Origin: an uncultured virus (IMG/VR IMGVR_UViG_3300020173_001350)
Lineage: Duplodnaviria > Heunggongvirae > Uroviricota > Caudoviricetes
DNA: 64,000 nucleotides
IMG/VR virus record: IMGVR_UViG_3300020173_001350
Reading direction: 5' to 3' (one strand)
This document shows, in pieces, positions 10,432 to 19,745 of this stretch. The notes beneath the pieces were generated by a model. It worked only from the letters and a program-made list of their open reading frames with translations. It did no database searches and was not told the DNA's origin. Each line of letters begins with the position of its first letter. Position 1 is the first letter of the stretch. The position numbers and the translations under genes are program-made.

Positions 10432-10806
10432 TCAAATTCCTTTAAGTTTTTCTTCTATAACTTTGTCTGAAACGATATTATCTTTATTTAAAACCACATC
10501 ACCATATTGAATCATTTGTGGCATAAAGTTTAAATACTCTACAAATGGTTTTAAAAACTCGTGGTATTCGTGCAATTTCATAAACAGCATATCGGTAGCT
10601 TCAGGTCCAAAAACATTGTATATAATTATCAAGTGGTTTAGAATCAACCTCTCTTTTAAATCATCGTCTTGTCTGTATCTTCCAAAAAGTTTACGCAAAT
10701 ACTGAAAACGTTTTAAATCTTCTTCAAATTCAGAAACATCTGAACATTGAGGGTTTTCATAACTTTTCGCTGCATATATAAGAAAGGTTGATTCTGTCAA
10801 TTTCAT
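10432..10806 (-). CDS. conserved T4-like phage hypothetical protein
   Basis: YENPQC..EFEEDLKRF.Y...ERLILNH.II.YNVFG pattern. Confidence 0.7.
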   Translation of the reverse strand: MKLTESTFLIYAAKSYENPQCSDVSEFEEDLKRFQYLRKLFGRYRQDDDLKERLILNHLIIIYNVFGPEATDMLFMKLHEYHEFLKPFVEYLNFMPQMIQYGDVVLNKDNIVSDKVIEEKLKGI

Positions 10807-10822
10807 AATAAATTAATTTGTA

Positions 10823-11125
10823 TTAAGTATCAGCTACAATTAAGTCTTCAACAGCCGTATCGCCTGTGATACCTAAGTCGCCTGCATCAGCAGCGGATAC
10901 TTTCATTGGTACTAAGCATTCTGCATAATGACGGCCATTTGATGTGTGGTACAACCACCAGCCCGGACCTGTCAAACCTTTTGCACGGTTAGCTGCAATT
11001 CCAGCTTCTGTAAGGTCAACAAACACCGCGTTGTCGCGATCATTTGATTTGTTTGTATTATTAGCGTCGTCTTCCAACCATTTTGGAACATCTGCTAATG
11101 TGTCGGTTTTTCCCCAAAGTGCCAT
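10823..11125 (-). CDS. putative virion structural protein
   Basis: MALWGK N-terminus and PGWW.Y motif seen in T4-like virion proteins. Confidence 0.55.
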   Translation of the reverse strand: MALWGKTDTLADVPKWLEDDANNTNKSNDRDNAVFVDLTEAGIAANRAKGLTGPGWWLYHTSNGRHYAECLVPMKVSAADAGDLGITGDTAVEDLIVADT

Positions 11126-11162
11126 TTGTTTTTATCTCCTTATTTGGGTTTCTTATTTATTC

Positions 11163-11726
11163 TTATGATAATTTATGCTTATTAGCTTCTTTAGATGCTT
11201 TTTGAGCTTCAGGATGATCGGAACCGTGTTTCTTAATCATATCTTGTGCATGCTGATGCGCATCAGCCGCATTATCGTGATGTTGCATTTTATCATAATG
11301 ATGATCTGCTTTATCATCATTTCCTTCATCCTCATGTTCAGATGCTCTTCTTCCGTGATGCTCAGCTGACTGCTGATGTTTTGCTGCCATATCGGCATGA
11401 TGACGTGCGGTTCCTTTTGGAGCATTAATAGTTCTTTTACTATCTCCAGGAGCAGGCATAGATGGTTTTTTACCAATTCCGCCTAAGCTACCTTTTGGCC
11501 CAGCAGTCATAGCTGTTGCTTCATTTAAGCGAGCTTCTTGCTCTTCTTTCATAGCCTTTTTGATAGCTTTGCGACGTTTGTGAAGATATTCATCTGAATT
11601 ATCAACGTCTCCATCGTTATCAATATCTGCGTCAGCCTGCCCCACTGGATCCATTTTCTTTTCGTCGAGTTCACCTACTCGACCGAGGGCATCAATAATT
11701 GCTTCTCTAACTGTATTCGTGTCCAT
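11163..11726 (-). CDS. putative internal head protein with DxDxDG loop and His-rich tail
   Basis: Likely start MDTNTV at 11726; DADIDNDGDVDNSDEYL; ELDE/LNE sites; His-periodic C-terminus. Confidence 0.6.
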   Translation of the reverse strand: MDTNTVREAIIDALGRVGELDEKKMDPVGQADADIDNDGDVDNSDEYLHKRRKAIKKAMKEEQEARLNEATAMTAGPKGSLGGIGKKPSMPAPGDSKRTINAPKGTARHHADMAAKHQQSAEHHGRRASEHEDEGNDDKADHHYDKMQHHDNAADAHQHAQDMIKKHGSDHPEAQKASKEANKHKLS

Positions 11727-11727
11727 T

Positions 11728-12072
11728 TTATTTTCCCTCTCTTGCTTTGCGTAAGTTTTCTCTGGCCTTGTCAATATTCGCCTTTGTGGTTTTTCTATCA
11801 CGGATAGCATTTGCTCTATCATTAATACGTTTTGCTTTATTAGCACGTGCCGTATTACGCCCAGCAGTTGATAAACGGAATTGACCTTGTTTATTTGTTA
11901 ATGCTCGTCGAACACCTTTTGCACCTACCTTAGCAACTGCCCCTACAGCCTTTGCGGCCATACCGATGATTTCGTCAAGTTGTTCGTCATCTATATTATC
12001 AAGTACAAGATCATTCTCAATGAGATGTGCCTCAACGTGTTCAATAAGACTATGTTCTGAAAAACTATACAT
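11728..12072 (-). CDS. putative internal head protein (acidic leader, basic body)
   Basis: Acidic leader ending QLDE, then K/R-rich segment; late promoter upstream. Confidence 0.55.
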   Translation of the reverse strand: MYSFSEHSLIEHVEAHLIENDLVLDNIDDEQLDEIIGMAAKAVGAVAKVGAKGVRRALTNKQGQFRLSTAGRNTARANKAKRINDRANAIRDRKTTKANIDKARENLRKAREGK

Positions 12073-12098
12073 ATTACTTCTCTATTTGCTGTTTGTTT

Positions 12099-12106
12099 TA
12101 TTTATA
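12099..12106 (-). promoter_or_regulatory. T4-type late promoter
   Basis: TATAAATA. Confidence 0.7.
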
Positions 12107-12110
12107 ATAT

Positions 12111-12377
12111 TTACCAGGCTTTACAAGACCAATATCGTGCCTTATCTTTTGGCCCAGGATTATCGCAATTATGTCTTGCTCTAAAAGATTTACGTCGACC
12201 TGGAATATGCTTTTTAATTGTCATATTCTTGTCACCAAAATTAACTTTTTTAGCAACACCGTCGCCATCAGGATCAACGAATACTTTTGATTTAGCAACA
12301 TCACCCGCCATAGGTTTGTTTAACTTAACCTCTTTACCTTGGTATGTTGCTTCCATATGTTGTTTAAATGTTTTCAT
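12111..12377 (-). CDS. small basic protein with capsid-targeting-like leader
   Basis: MKTFKQHMEA leader; SFRARHNCD...YWSCKAW. Confidence 0.65.
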   Translation of the reverse strand: MKTFKQHMEATYQGKEVKLNKPMAGDVAKSKVFVDPDGDGVAKKVNFGDKNMTIKKHIPGRRKSFRARHNCDNPGPKDKARYWSCKAW

Positions 12378-12667
12378 TTCATTAACTTCTTTATAGTTGC
12401 CAACGCTTTCTTACCGTCAGGATGGTTTGGATTTATACTTACTTCATCACCATTCATAAAATCAGATATGCTTGCCGATTTACCTAGCGCCGTAATTGCT
12501 TTATGTAACGGATCCCTTTTATCATATTTAGTTTCAAAATTAGGTTTGCCGCGTAATTCAACCCAACTCTTTTCTTTAGTGTCTTTCATTTTTAAAGTAT
12601 CCTGGCCTTTACCACGAATCAGTTTAACCATGATACCTTCAGAAATATATTGCTTAAAGCTTTTCAT
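12374..12667 (-). CDS. small basic protein with capsid-targeting-like leader
   Basis: MKSFKQYISE leader. Confidence 0.65.
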   Translation of the reverse strand: MKSFKQYISEGIMVKLIRGKGQDTLKMKDTKEKSWVELRGKPNFETKYDKRDPLHKAITALGKSASISDFMNGDEVSINPNHPDGKKALATIKKLMK

Positions 12668-12951
12668 CCGAACTCGTGTCCTGCAACTCTTTTCATTTGT
12701 TTATTGAATTCTTGTTGTGAAGGCTTTTCTTTATATAATTTAATAGTAAGATGAGATTTATCTTTACCTTTAATACGCCAATTATGTCCTGCCTCTTTAT
12801 GGTCAGGATCAGTTGTTTTTACAACACGGCGCTTATATCCAGCTTCCCAGGTTTCTGAGCCTTCGGTAACGGCGGTATCACATTCACCACAACAATCAGG
12901 TGTTCCACATTGTGTATGCTCAGCAAAGATATATTGTTTAAATGTTTTCAT
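12664..12951 (-). CDS. small protein with capsid-targeting-like leader and Cys cluster
   Basis: MKTFKQYIFAE leader; HTQCGTPDCCGEC. Confidence 0.65.
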   Translation of the reverse strand: MKTFKQYIFAEHTQCGTPDCCGECDTAVTEGSETWEAGYKRRVVKTTDPDHKEAGHNWRIKGKDKSHLTIKLYKEKPSQQEFNKQMKRVAGHEFG

Positions 12952-13220
12952 TTTACTACCTTATCAGCAATTCGTTGACCTGCATTCTTAATAGCTCTAC
13001 GTGCCTTAATAGCACCTTTAACTGCTTTGGCAACACCTTTTGCGGTATGCTTAATACCTTGTGCAACCATAGGAGCAGCAATTGCCGCACCCACAACTTC
13101 AGGTGGAATACTTTCATTCTTTGGTACACAATTAGGTACCATCTTGTCACCTTTTTTCTTCATGCCAACCTGTTTGTAATCAGACCAGCATGCTTCCAAA
13201 TGTTGCTTGAAGCTATGCAT
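12948..13220 (-). CDS. small basic protein with capsid-targeting-like leader
   Basis: MHSFKQHLEA leader; CW..YKQVGMKKKG.KMVPNCVP. Confidence 0.65.
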   Translation of the reverse strand: MHSFKQHLEACWSDYKQVGMKKKGDKMVPNCVPKNESIPPEVVGAAIAAPMVAQGIKHTAKGVAKAVKGAIKARRAIKNAGQRIADKVVK

Positions 13221-16200
13221 TAGGTGTATCCTTCTTTAGTCTTTTAACTAATTTAGCTGTACCTTCTTCGCCTGCGCCAGCTTCTTCATTTCTTTTCTTT
13301 GATGATCCACAAGAGCTTTCATCTTTCATTGATTTTTTATTACGAACACGGTTTAATGCATTTCTAAATTTATCTTCTTTATCCTGAACACCACCGTTAG
13401 CAACAGATGCTAACTTTGCTGCTTCTTCAGACTCACCCATATTACGGCGTTTCATTTCTTTAGTGATACGCTTCATCATATGCTGAGTTGATGGCATTTT
13501 TTGATCTTGACCTTTGAATTGCTTATGTAAACTTTTTAGGTTATCATCAGATTGCTTTTTCATTTTAGCATCTTCATCAAGCTCTTCTACTTCTTCAAGG
13601 ATACGCTTTGCTTTAGAACCCTTATTTCTTACTTCTTGAGACATCTTGTTAGCATGCATAGTTAGATGGTATGCCATATGCAGATCCTTTGCCTTTTTTT
13701 GAATAGAACCATCTTTATCTGCACCTGAACTAGAATGAGAAGCATTAAAGTGTGCTTCTGCTGCCTTCTTATGATGGACTGAGGCTTGGTGATGCAATCT
13801 TTGTAAAGTTGGACTAGAAGATTTTTCGCCTGCCTTTGTATGAGCATCCGCAACCTCATTGTGATGTGCAGCAGTTTTATCATGAGCATCTGCTTGACTA
13901 CTCGTTACAGTATGACGCTTATTACCTGGCGCATCCCACTCATTCGCCGATGTGTCTTGTGTGTCACGAGAATCTTTCCCAGAAAACTTTTTAGTATGAT
14001 TCGGTGGCTTTACTGTCTGGTGTGTAAGATCTTCATCAAGTTCAAACTCTTCTTTTTTCAATTTTTTCTTTACCATACCTTGAAGACGATCATCTTCTTT
14101 GTCTAGTGCTTTGCGTGGGTCATAAGTTTTTGGATTACGATTTTTTGATCCACGACCTCTTGCAGGCTTGTCTGGTGATGGGTTTGCTCTTGCTGCCTTT
14201 ATTTTATCATATAGGCTCATTTCGGCTTCATCTAGTTCTACTTCTTCACGGATTTTAACTTTAAACATTTTTTCAACTGTTTGTTTACCCATAGTCTTAG
14301 CAAGATTAGTGATTAACCATTCGCGTGGTTCTGTATCAAGATCATCTACAAATTTAACGAATTTTATACCAGCATTACCAGATGATAGCATCTTTGCTGC
14401 TTTCATAAAGTCTGCTTTATCAATGCCACCGCTTTTCTTTGCATATGCTTCGATACTTGCAGCTGCCTTTTTCATTTGAGGCGTTGCTGCTTCATTAAGT
14501 GAGATGAATGCTTCAAACTTATCATCTAACGATTCAACAAAACCTTTATCACCTTTTTTCTTACCGTGGTTCATTACTTTTTTACCATGTGGTGTGAGGT
14601 TGCCTTTTTTATCATACATTTGATTTACTAGCTTTTTCTCAGCTGCTGTTAATTCGTCAAGTTCTACTTCCTCGTGATAATCAAATGCGCTTGATTTACC
14701 CCAAGACTTATCAGATTTACGCATATCCTTTAATTTTTTCATATTCTGTGCTAGTCTACTCTCACGTTCTGCTTTAGTGTTCTTAGGCTTGGCAGCCATA
14801 GCGTTTCTCCTAACTTCATTAACTGTTTCTACTGATTCATTAACCTTTGCAGCAAGGTCTTTATCAGCCTTACCCCATGTACCAGAGGATTTAGTAATAA
14901 ATGAATTTACTCGAGCATGTCCCCATTGTTCAGGTGTTGTTCCTGGGCGGTGACCTGTTTTCCATGCGGCAACACCACGGTTATATACTTTACGTAAAAT
15001 CCCTGCAGGCATGTCAGATTTCTTTGCTTTATCAGCTAATGATTTGCCTGCGGCATCTTCACCTAAAAAATCAAATTCTTCAGTGTAACCCATCGCTCGT
15101 GCTTTTTTTGTATGCTTTGATTCTTTTGTCTTTGCTTCTTTATCACCTGGTGCTGGCCTATATGCTGAAGGATCATCATCAGCCTTTTTAGCATTACGTT
15201 CAAAATGATCTTCACGGTCATCTTTCTTATTTTTAGCAACACCTGTGTAATATTTACCTGTTGTTTCGGTAAATTTTTCAACTGATTCCATAAGTTCAAC
15301 GATATCTTCAATATCAAACTCATTCATCTCTGTAACTTGTTTAGGTTTAAACATCTTAAACCGTTTATCAAACTTTGGTTTGTTGTTTTTATCCATAAGC
15401 ATATGTGGTCGCTTAGTTACATATGCACCCCACATCTCATTCAGATCAACAGACTCATTCTTATTATGACGTGCTTGTAATCTCTCACGTTCTTTCTTTT
15501 TAACAGAAGGTAACAATTTAATTGCCAGGTTATCAATACGTTGTTTTGAAATCTTTTCAATGCGTTTATCAATACGTTCCTTTTCCGCAGGCTCCATATC
15601 AGCATATCGTTTATTACCAGCAAGACGCTTTTTAATTATATTACGTGCTGCTTTTCTTGATCTTCTTTTCAAAACATCAATATTGGCACGGCGCCGCTTT
15701 GCCTTTTCCCGACCTCGTTTCATTTTAACACGCATTCTTCGCATTTGACGGCCGCGTTTAATACGCTGCTGTCGAGTCAAAGCTTCGTCTAATTCATCTT
15801 CTTCGATAAAGTTATCTTCGTTATATTCTTCCGACATTCCCATTCCCTTTTTAATGCTGGCCATAATGTCGGCCGCGCTTGTTTTTAGCTTACTAGGTAA
15901 TCCTGTAGTAAACTTTTTGATATTATCTGAAACAGCATACTCACGCATTTTTGATGCTGACATTCCTTTAACACCTTCAGCGTCAGGATCTCTAGCACCT
16001 GCGGATACAACTTCTATTTCATCAAATTTATATTCTTTACCATTGTATTTGTTAAGCAATGTATCCATCTCTTTATATCGGTCAGAACCAACAACGAGAG
16101 TTACCTTTTTAAATTTCTTTTGTAACTGCTGCATTAATTGAATGATTGTCTTGGCAGTTGATCTTTTAATGATTTTACCAAATGCTACCTCGGCATATTT

Positions 16201-16476
16201 GATCTTATCATTATATGACAATGGATTTTTTGTTTTATCTTGAGAATGTGTTAAAAATACAGCAGGAATAGCATTCTTTGATTTTGCTACATTTAAAACT
16301 CTATTGATAAGTTTTTCGTGCCCAGTTGTAATAGGGTTCATACGTCCCCAAGAAATAACAACCTCGCCTACTTTTGCTTCATTGATAGTAGGTTCAATAT
16401 CAATATAGTTTCCAGGATCAAATTCTTTAAATCCCTTAACCTTTTTCTTTTTGTCCTTATTGCTTTCGTCTGCCAT
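13213..16476 (-). CDS. cytidyltransferase-like (HIGH nucleotidyltransferase) domain fused to modular basic segments
   Basis: GRMNPITTGH, VVGSDR, SAGARDPD, MSASKMR; repeated EEVELDE-type linkers. Confidence 0.8.
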   Translation of the reverse strand: MADESNKDKKKKVKGFKEFDPGNYIDIEPTINEAKVGEVVISWGRMNPITTGHEKLINRVLNVAKSKNAIPAVFLTHSQDKTKNPLSYNDKIKYAEVAFGKIIKRSTAKTIIQLMQQLQKKFKKVTLVVGSDRYKEMDTLLNKYNGKEYKFDEIEVVSAGARDPDAEGVKGMSASKMREYAVSDNIKKFTTGLPSKLKTSAADIMASIKKGMGMSEEYNEDNFIEEDELDEALTRQQRIKRGRQMRRMRVKMKRGREKAKRRRANIDVLKRRSRKAARNIIKKRLAGNKRYADMEPAEKERIDKRIEKISKQRIDNLAIKLLPSVKKKERERLQARHNKNESVDLNEMWGAYVTKRPHMLMDKNNKPKFDKRFKMFKPKQVTEMNEFDIEDIVELMESVEKFTETTGKYYTGVAKNKKDDREDHFERNAKKADDDPSAYRPAPGDKEAKTKESKHTKKARAMGYTEEFDFLGEDAAGKSLADKAKKSDMPAGILRKVYNRGVAAWKTGHRPGTTPEQWGHARVNSFITKSSGTWGKADKDLAAKVNESVETVNEVRRNAMAAKPKNTKAERESRLAQNMKKLKDMRKSDKSWGKSSAFDYHEEVELDELTAAEKKLVNQMYDKKGNLTPHGKKVMNHGKKKGDKGFVESLDDKFEAFISLNEAATPQMKKAAASIEAYAKKSGGIDKADFMKAAKMLSSGNAGIKFVKFVDDLDTEPREWLITNLAKTMGKQTVEKMFKVKIREEVELDEAEMSLYDKIKAARANPSPDKPARGRGSKNRNPKTYDPRKALDKEDDRLQGMVKKKLKKEEFELDEDLTHQTVKPPNHTKKFSGKDSRDTQDTSANEWDAPGNKRHTVTSSQADAHDKTAAHHNEVADAHTKAGEKSSSPTLQRLHHQASVHHKKAAEAHFNASHSSSGADKDGSIQKKAKDLHMAYHLTMHANKMSQEVRNKGSKAKRILEEVEELDEDAKMKKQSDDNLKSLHKQFKGQDQKMPSTQHMMKRITKEMKRRNMGESEEAAKLASVANGGVQDKEDKFRNALNRVRNKKSMKDESSCGSSKKRNEEAGAGEEGTAKLVKRLKKDTPNA

Positions 16477-16485
16477 AAGATACCT

Positions 16486-17247
16486 CTATTCTCTGATTTT
16501 GTTTCTATTTATAATATTTACAGACCCTTTGGGTATAACGATTGATTCCTTTAGCTGACCTTTAAAGTTGTTCTTAAAAGATTCTAACATTTCGGCATGA
16601 TTATTATGAGTGGCACTATATTTCTGAATAGTTGATAATCTTAACCACCCAATTGCTGCTATAGGATCACAAATAGCCATTGGTATTTTAGTAAAATTTT
16701 TCCGACTGCTCATAAACCAACGATTATCAATTGCCTCGGTAACACCTACCTTTGTTACTTCATCAATCATTTTCTGCGCGGTAATGTGTGTAATAGCATA
16801 CGCATGAGAACCTGGATGAAATTTCACATCTTTAATTCTTTCGGGTTGACCTGCGGTTTTATAGTCATAGTTTTCCCATTCTCTATATTTGTATCCTAAC
16901 GCAACGATTTTGTTATCAGGAATATCCAACTTTACTTTATGAAGCATCATCCCATCGTGTTCTAATATAACAGCACATTCTTTATTCTGAACAATCCTTT
17001 GCCATAATTGTAAATGAGAAGCCATACAACCATGAGCACCAACCATCATTCTTTTAAATGATTTGATTGGAATTCCTGTTTCAGCGGTAAACTTTCTCCA
17101 CATTTGACCAGGACCACCTTGTGGTTTCCATCCTTCGTATAACTCATAATTTACTCCAAGCTTTTTACATTGCTCGGCAGCATCATTTGCGTATTGTTTT
17201 GATAGGTTATCATTAGTATAAATTATATAATACTTATTTACTTTCAT
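16486..17247 (-). CDS. glycosyltransferase family 25-like
   Basis: GCMASHLQLW...VILEHD, GSHAYAIT. Confidence 0.75.
   Translation of the reverse strand: MKVNKYYIIYTNDNLSKQYANDAAEQCKKLGVNYELYEGWKPQGGPGQMWRKFTAETGIPIKSFKRMMVGAHGCMASHLQLWQRIVQNKECAVILEHDGMMLHKVKLDIPDNKIVALGYKYREWENYDYKTAGQPERIKDVKFHPGSHAYAITHITAQKMIDEVTKVGVTEAIDNRWFMSSRKNFTKIPMAICDPIAAIGWLRLSTIQKYSATHNNHAEMLESFKNNFKGQLKESIVIPKGSVNIINRNKIRE
16506..16513 (-). promoter_or_regulatory. T4-type late promoter for the 1087-aa protein
   Basis: TATAAATA 30 nt upstream of start. Confidence 0.65.
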
Positions 17248-17941
17248 AATTAAATATCCTCATAATAGTAGGTTCTTGGATCATTCTCCTAGATGTTCCA
17301 TGTGCTAATTTATAACAAGGTCCTGTTAATGGCAATCCTTGTTTTCTTATTTTTGTCCATCGGCTGGCATTATATGGTGTAAACCAATGTGGGTTGTCAG
17401 GTGTTTCAGGAAGCGGTTTATGATTAGCCAGCCATGGTTTAGTTTTGTTCCACATTGTCTGACAAGCAGGGTCTTCTAATACATTATTAAATAAACCATG
17501 AAACCACAGATAATCCATATTTGGGCGGTTCTTCCAATATTCATCAACCAATAATTTCCACCGATCCACAATGCAATTATCTTTATCAGCATATAGAAAC
17601 CAACTTGCAACTTCGGTATCAGGTTTTGGTTTTCGGAACGCAAAGAAACCGGTTTTAGCATGAGCAGGTAACCAACTATCAAGTGGTTTATTACAAGCAA
17701 CGGTTGCATCTACCCATACTCCGCCGTATTCTTTAAGTAAGTTAATGCGAACAACATCAGACCATGCCTGAATGCTACGCCCATTTTGCGTGCCTTTGTA
17801 ATAATCCCTAAGATTTGTATTATCAAGTAATACTATTTTCCATGTAGGATTATGGTGTTTCCAACTGTCAACGCATTTATGAACAATTGGAGGTGCTGCT
17901 TTAATTCCTGTATTCCAATATATCCATAATGTTTTAATCAT
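17234..17941 (-). CDS. capsular polysaccharide synthesis protein / GT32-like glycosyltransferase
   Basis: LWIYWNTG, APPIV.KC..SW, SDVVRINLLKEYGGVWVDAT. Confidence 0.85.
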   Translation of the reverse strand: MIKTLWIYWNTGIKAAPPIVHKCVDSWKHHNPTWKIVLLDNTNLRDYYKGTQNGRSIQAWSDVVRINLLKEYGGVWVDATVACNKPLDSWLPAHAKTGFFAFRKPKPDTEVASWFLYADKDNCIVDRWKLLVDEYWKNRPNMDYLWFHGLFNNVLEDPACQTMWNKTKPWLANHKPLPETPDNPHWFTPYNASRWTKIRKQGLPLTGPCYKLAHGTSRRMIQEPTIMRIFNYESK

Positions 17942-18614
17942 AACCGAATACTTCCATATCTTTTTGAATTAACGGTTTAAGTTGTTTTACTAAATTGGCA
18001 TTCAAATATTCTTTATAATCTTTTCGTGCTGTTCTATTTTCATGCCCAAAGTTTATAGGTATGCCGAGTTTTTCCGATATAACCTTTTGTGCTTTATCCA
18101 TTTCCTCGAGTCTAAATACATCATCAACAATAAGATTATCTTTTTCATCATATACAAACTTCCATTGCGGTGCATTATGCGGAGTACGTATTTTCATATT
18201 ATTCCGCTGATATTCCATTTCCATAGCTCTAATCTGCTGTTCAAATGTCATATTTACTTTACCAGGTAGCCTTTCACGCTTCCAAATAACCTCAGATACA
18301 AATTTATGAAAAGGATTTCGGACAAATGCAAATGTATATTTAGATCCTGTGAAGGCTTTATCATTCCAAGCTTTCAATTGCCATGCTGATAAATGCTGTG
18401 TTTCACCAGTAGGTAATATTTCAGGTGTTGGTTGTCCAAAATGATACCGTGAGGCATTTATTCGCCCACCGTATTTTGTTATAAATTGCCGAAACATATT
18501 TCTTTCTTGAAAGTCAGGATAACCACATACATTACGAAGAAAGAATAATTCAACACTTGTTCCACCTGCTTTAGGAACATGGACAAAATAAGTATTGATT
18601 TCTGGGATATACAT
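17934..18614 (-). CDS. sulfotransferase (Sulfotransfer_2 family)
   Basis: FVHVPKAGGTS and FAFVRNP...FVS PAPS-binding motifs. Confidence 0.85.
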   Translation of the reverse strand: MYIPEINTYFVHVPKAGGTSVELFFLRNVCGYPDFQERNMFRQFITKYGGRINASRYHFGQPTPEILPTGETQHLSAWQLKAWNDKAFTGSKYTFAFVRNPFHKFVSEVIWKRERLPGKVNMTFEQQIRAMEMEYQRNNMKIRTPHNAPQWKFVYDEKDNLIVDDVFRLEEMDKAQKVISEKLGIPINFGHENRTARKDYKEYLNANLVKQLKPLIQKDMEVFGYD

Positions 18615-19255
18615 TATACAAACTCCTGTGGAACAACCTTATCATTCCACCAATTCTCATAATCATTTTTATAGTATTTTTTAATTCTTGTTATCTGATC
18701 TTTAGTAATAACAATTTTACTTTGTTTTTCTCTACCACCATCTTGTCGCTGCAGCGCAGGTACATCAGTGTTTGCAATTTCTGATAACCATTCACGCATA
18801 TCTGTGCTAACCTGTGATACTGTAAAGATCTTATCATATCGGTTAGGATCGTTACCTAGCCAATACGTCATTGGAAAAGAATGGTGAGAAATATCACCTG
18901 CTGCATAGTTACCTAAGTTATCAACAAAATTATCCCACCCACGATTTCTCATCTTATTATAAAATAACACTCGGTTTGTATAACAAGACACAAGTCTTTT
19001 AATAGGATCACGGATAATAGTAAACCGATAATCTACGTTACCAAATTTACCTTTTCCATGCCGATCCATGAATTTGTTATTTTGTTTTTGATGTTTTCTT
19101 TGGCTTATTGGCAATCCCCAATCATTTGCCGGGGAGTTTCTCCAATCAAATCCTGATGCTTCAAGCATCATACATTTTGCGGATGTACCGCCGCATTTTG
19201 GTATATGCGTAAACTCAACTACTTTATTGTTGATTTCAACTGTAAAGACTGGCAT
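18614..19255 (-). CDS. sulfotransferase (Sulfotransfer_2 family)
   Basis: HIPKCGGTS, IIRDPIKRLVS; likely start MPVF at 19255. Confidence 0.85.
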   Translation of the reverse strand: MPVFTVEINNKVVEFTHIPKCGGTSAKCMMLEASGFDWRNSPANDWGLPISQRKHQKQNNKFMDRHGKGKFGNVDYRFTIIRDPIKRLVSCYTNRVLFYNKMRNRGWDNFVDNLGNYAAGDISHHSFPMTYWLGNDPNRYDKIFTVSQVSTDMREWLSEIANTDVPALQRQDGGREKQSKIVITKDQITRIKKYYKNDYENWWNDKVVPQEFV

Positions 19256-19276
19256 AATATAACCTTTAAAATGATG

Positions 19277-19303
19277 AAAGGTGCCCAACTAATGAACACC
19301 TTT
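19277..19303 (-). terminator. hairpin/terminator closing the DUF1127-atpE operon
   Basis: AAAGGTGTTCA-loop-TGGGCACCTTT on minus strand. Confidence 0.5.
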
Positions 19304-19304
19304 T

Positions 19305-19312
19305 TATTTATA
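19305..19312 (-). promoter_or_regulatory. T4-type late promoter upstream of sulfotransferase/glycosyltransferase cluster
   Basis: TATAAATA. Confidence 0.55.
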
Positions 19313-19520
19313 TTACTTTACAGTCGAATGTTGACTTAGCTAATTTGACTGGAACTCCGCCTGCCTCAATGCAAGCTTCGGACCAATTAGGTTGTTTAAA
19401 CTTTTGAATTACCGCAAAAAATCCAAATGCAATACACACTACAGTTAAAAGTGTCATTACAAAGAAAGCGTAAAAACCAACCTTATCGACTATCTCAGCC
19501 GAAGGTGTTGTTGGCCCCAT
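19308..19520 (-). CDS. small single-TM membrane protein with C-terminal Cys pair
   Basis: Hydrophobic helix; C..AGG.P......FDC; abuts atpE stop. Confidence 0.6.
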   Translation of the reverse strand: MGPTTPSAEIVDKVGFYAFFVMTLLTVVCIAFGFFAVIQKFKQPNWSEACIEAGGVPVKLAKSTFDCKVI

Positions 19521-19745
19521 TTAGACAACGGCAAACATTAGCAAAAGCGCTACGAGAAATGCGAAGATTCCTAATGCTTCAGCAAACGCAATACCAACAA
19601 ACATTGTACCTGTATCTGGTTTCTTAGGCATTACTTTTAGTACACTACCAACAATCATTCCTACTCCGATGGCAGCGCCACCCATTCCGAATGTTGCTAG
19701 CCCTGCGCCAATTAAGGCACCCATTGTTGCGATATCACCGGTCAT
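19521..19745 (-). CDS. atpE: F0 ATP synthase subunit c homologue with atypical loop
   Basis: [16 protein letters not shown] helix 1; [23 protein letters not shown] helix 2 with ion-binding Glu. Confidence 0.92.
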   Translation of the reverse strand: MTGDIATMGALIGAGLATFGMGGAAIGVGMIVGSVLKVMPKKPDTGTMFVGIAFAEALGIFAFLVALLLMFAVV

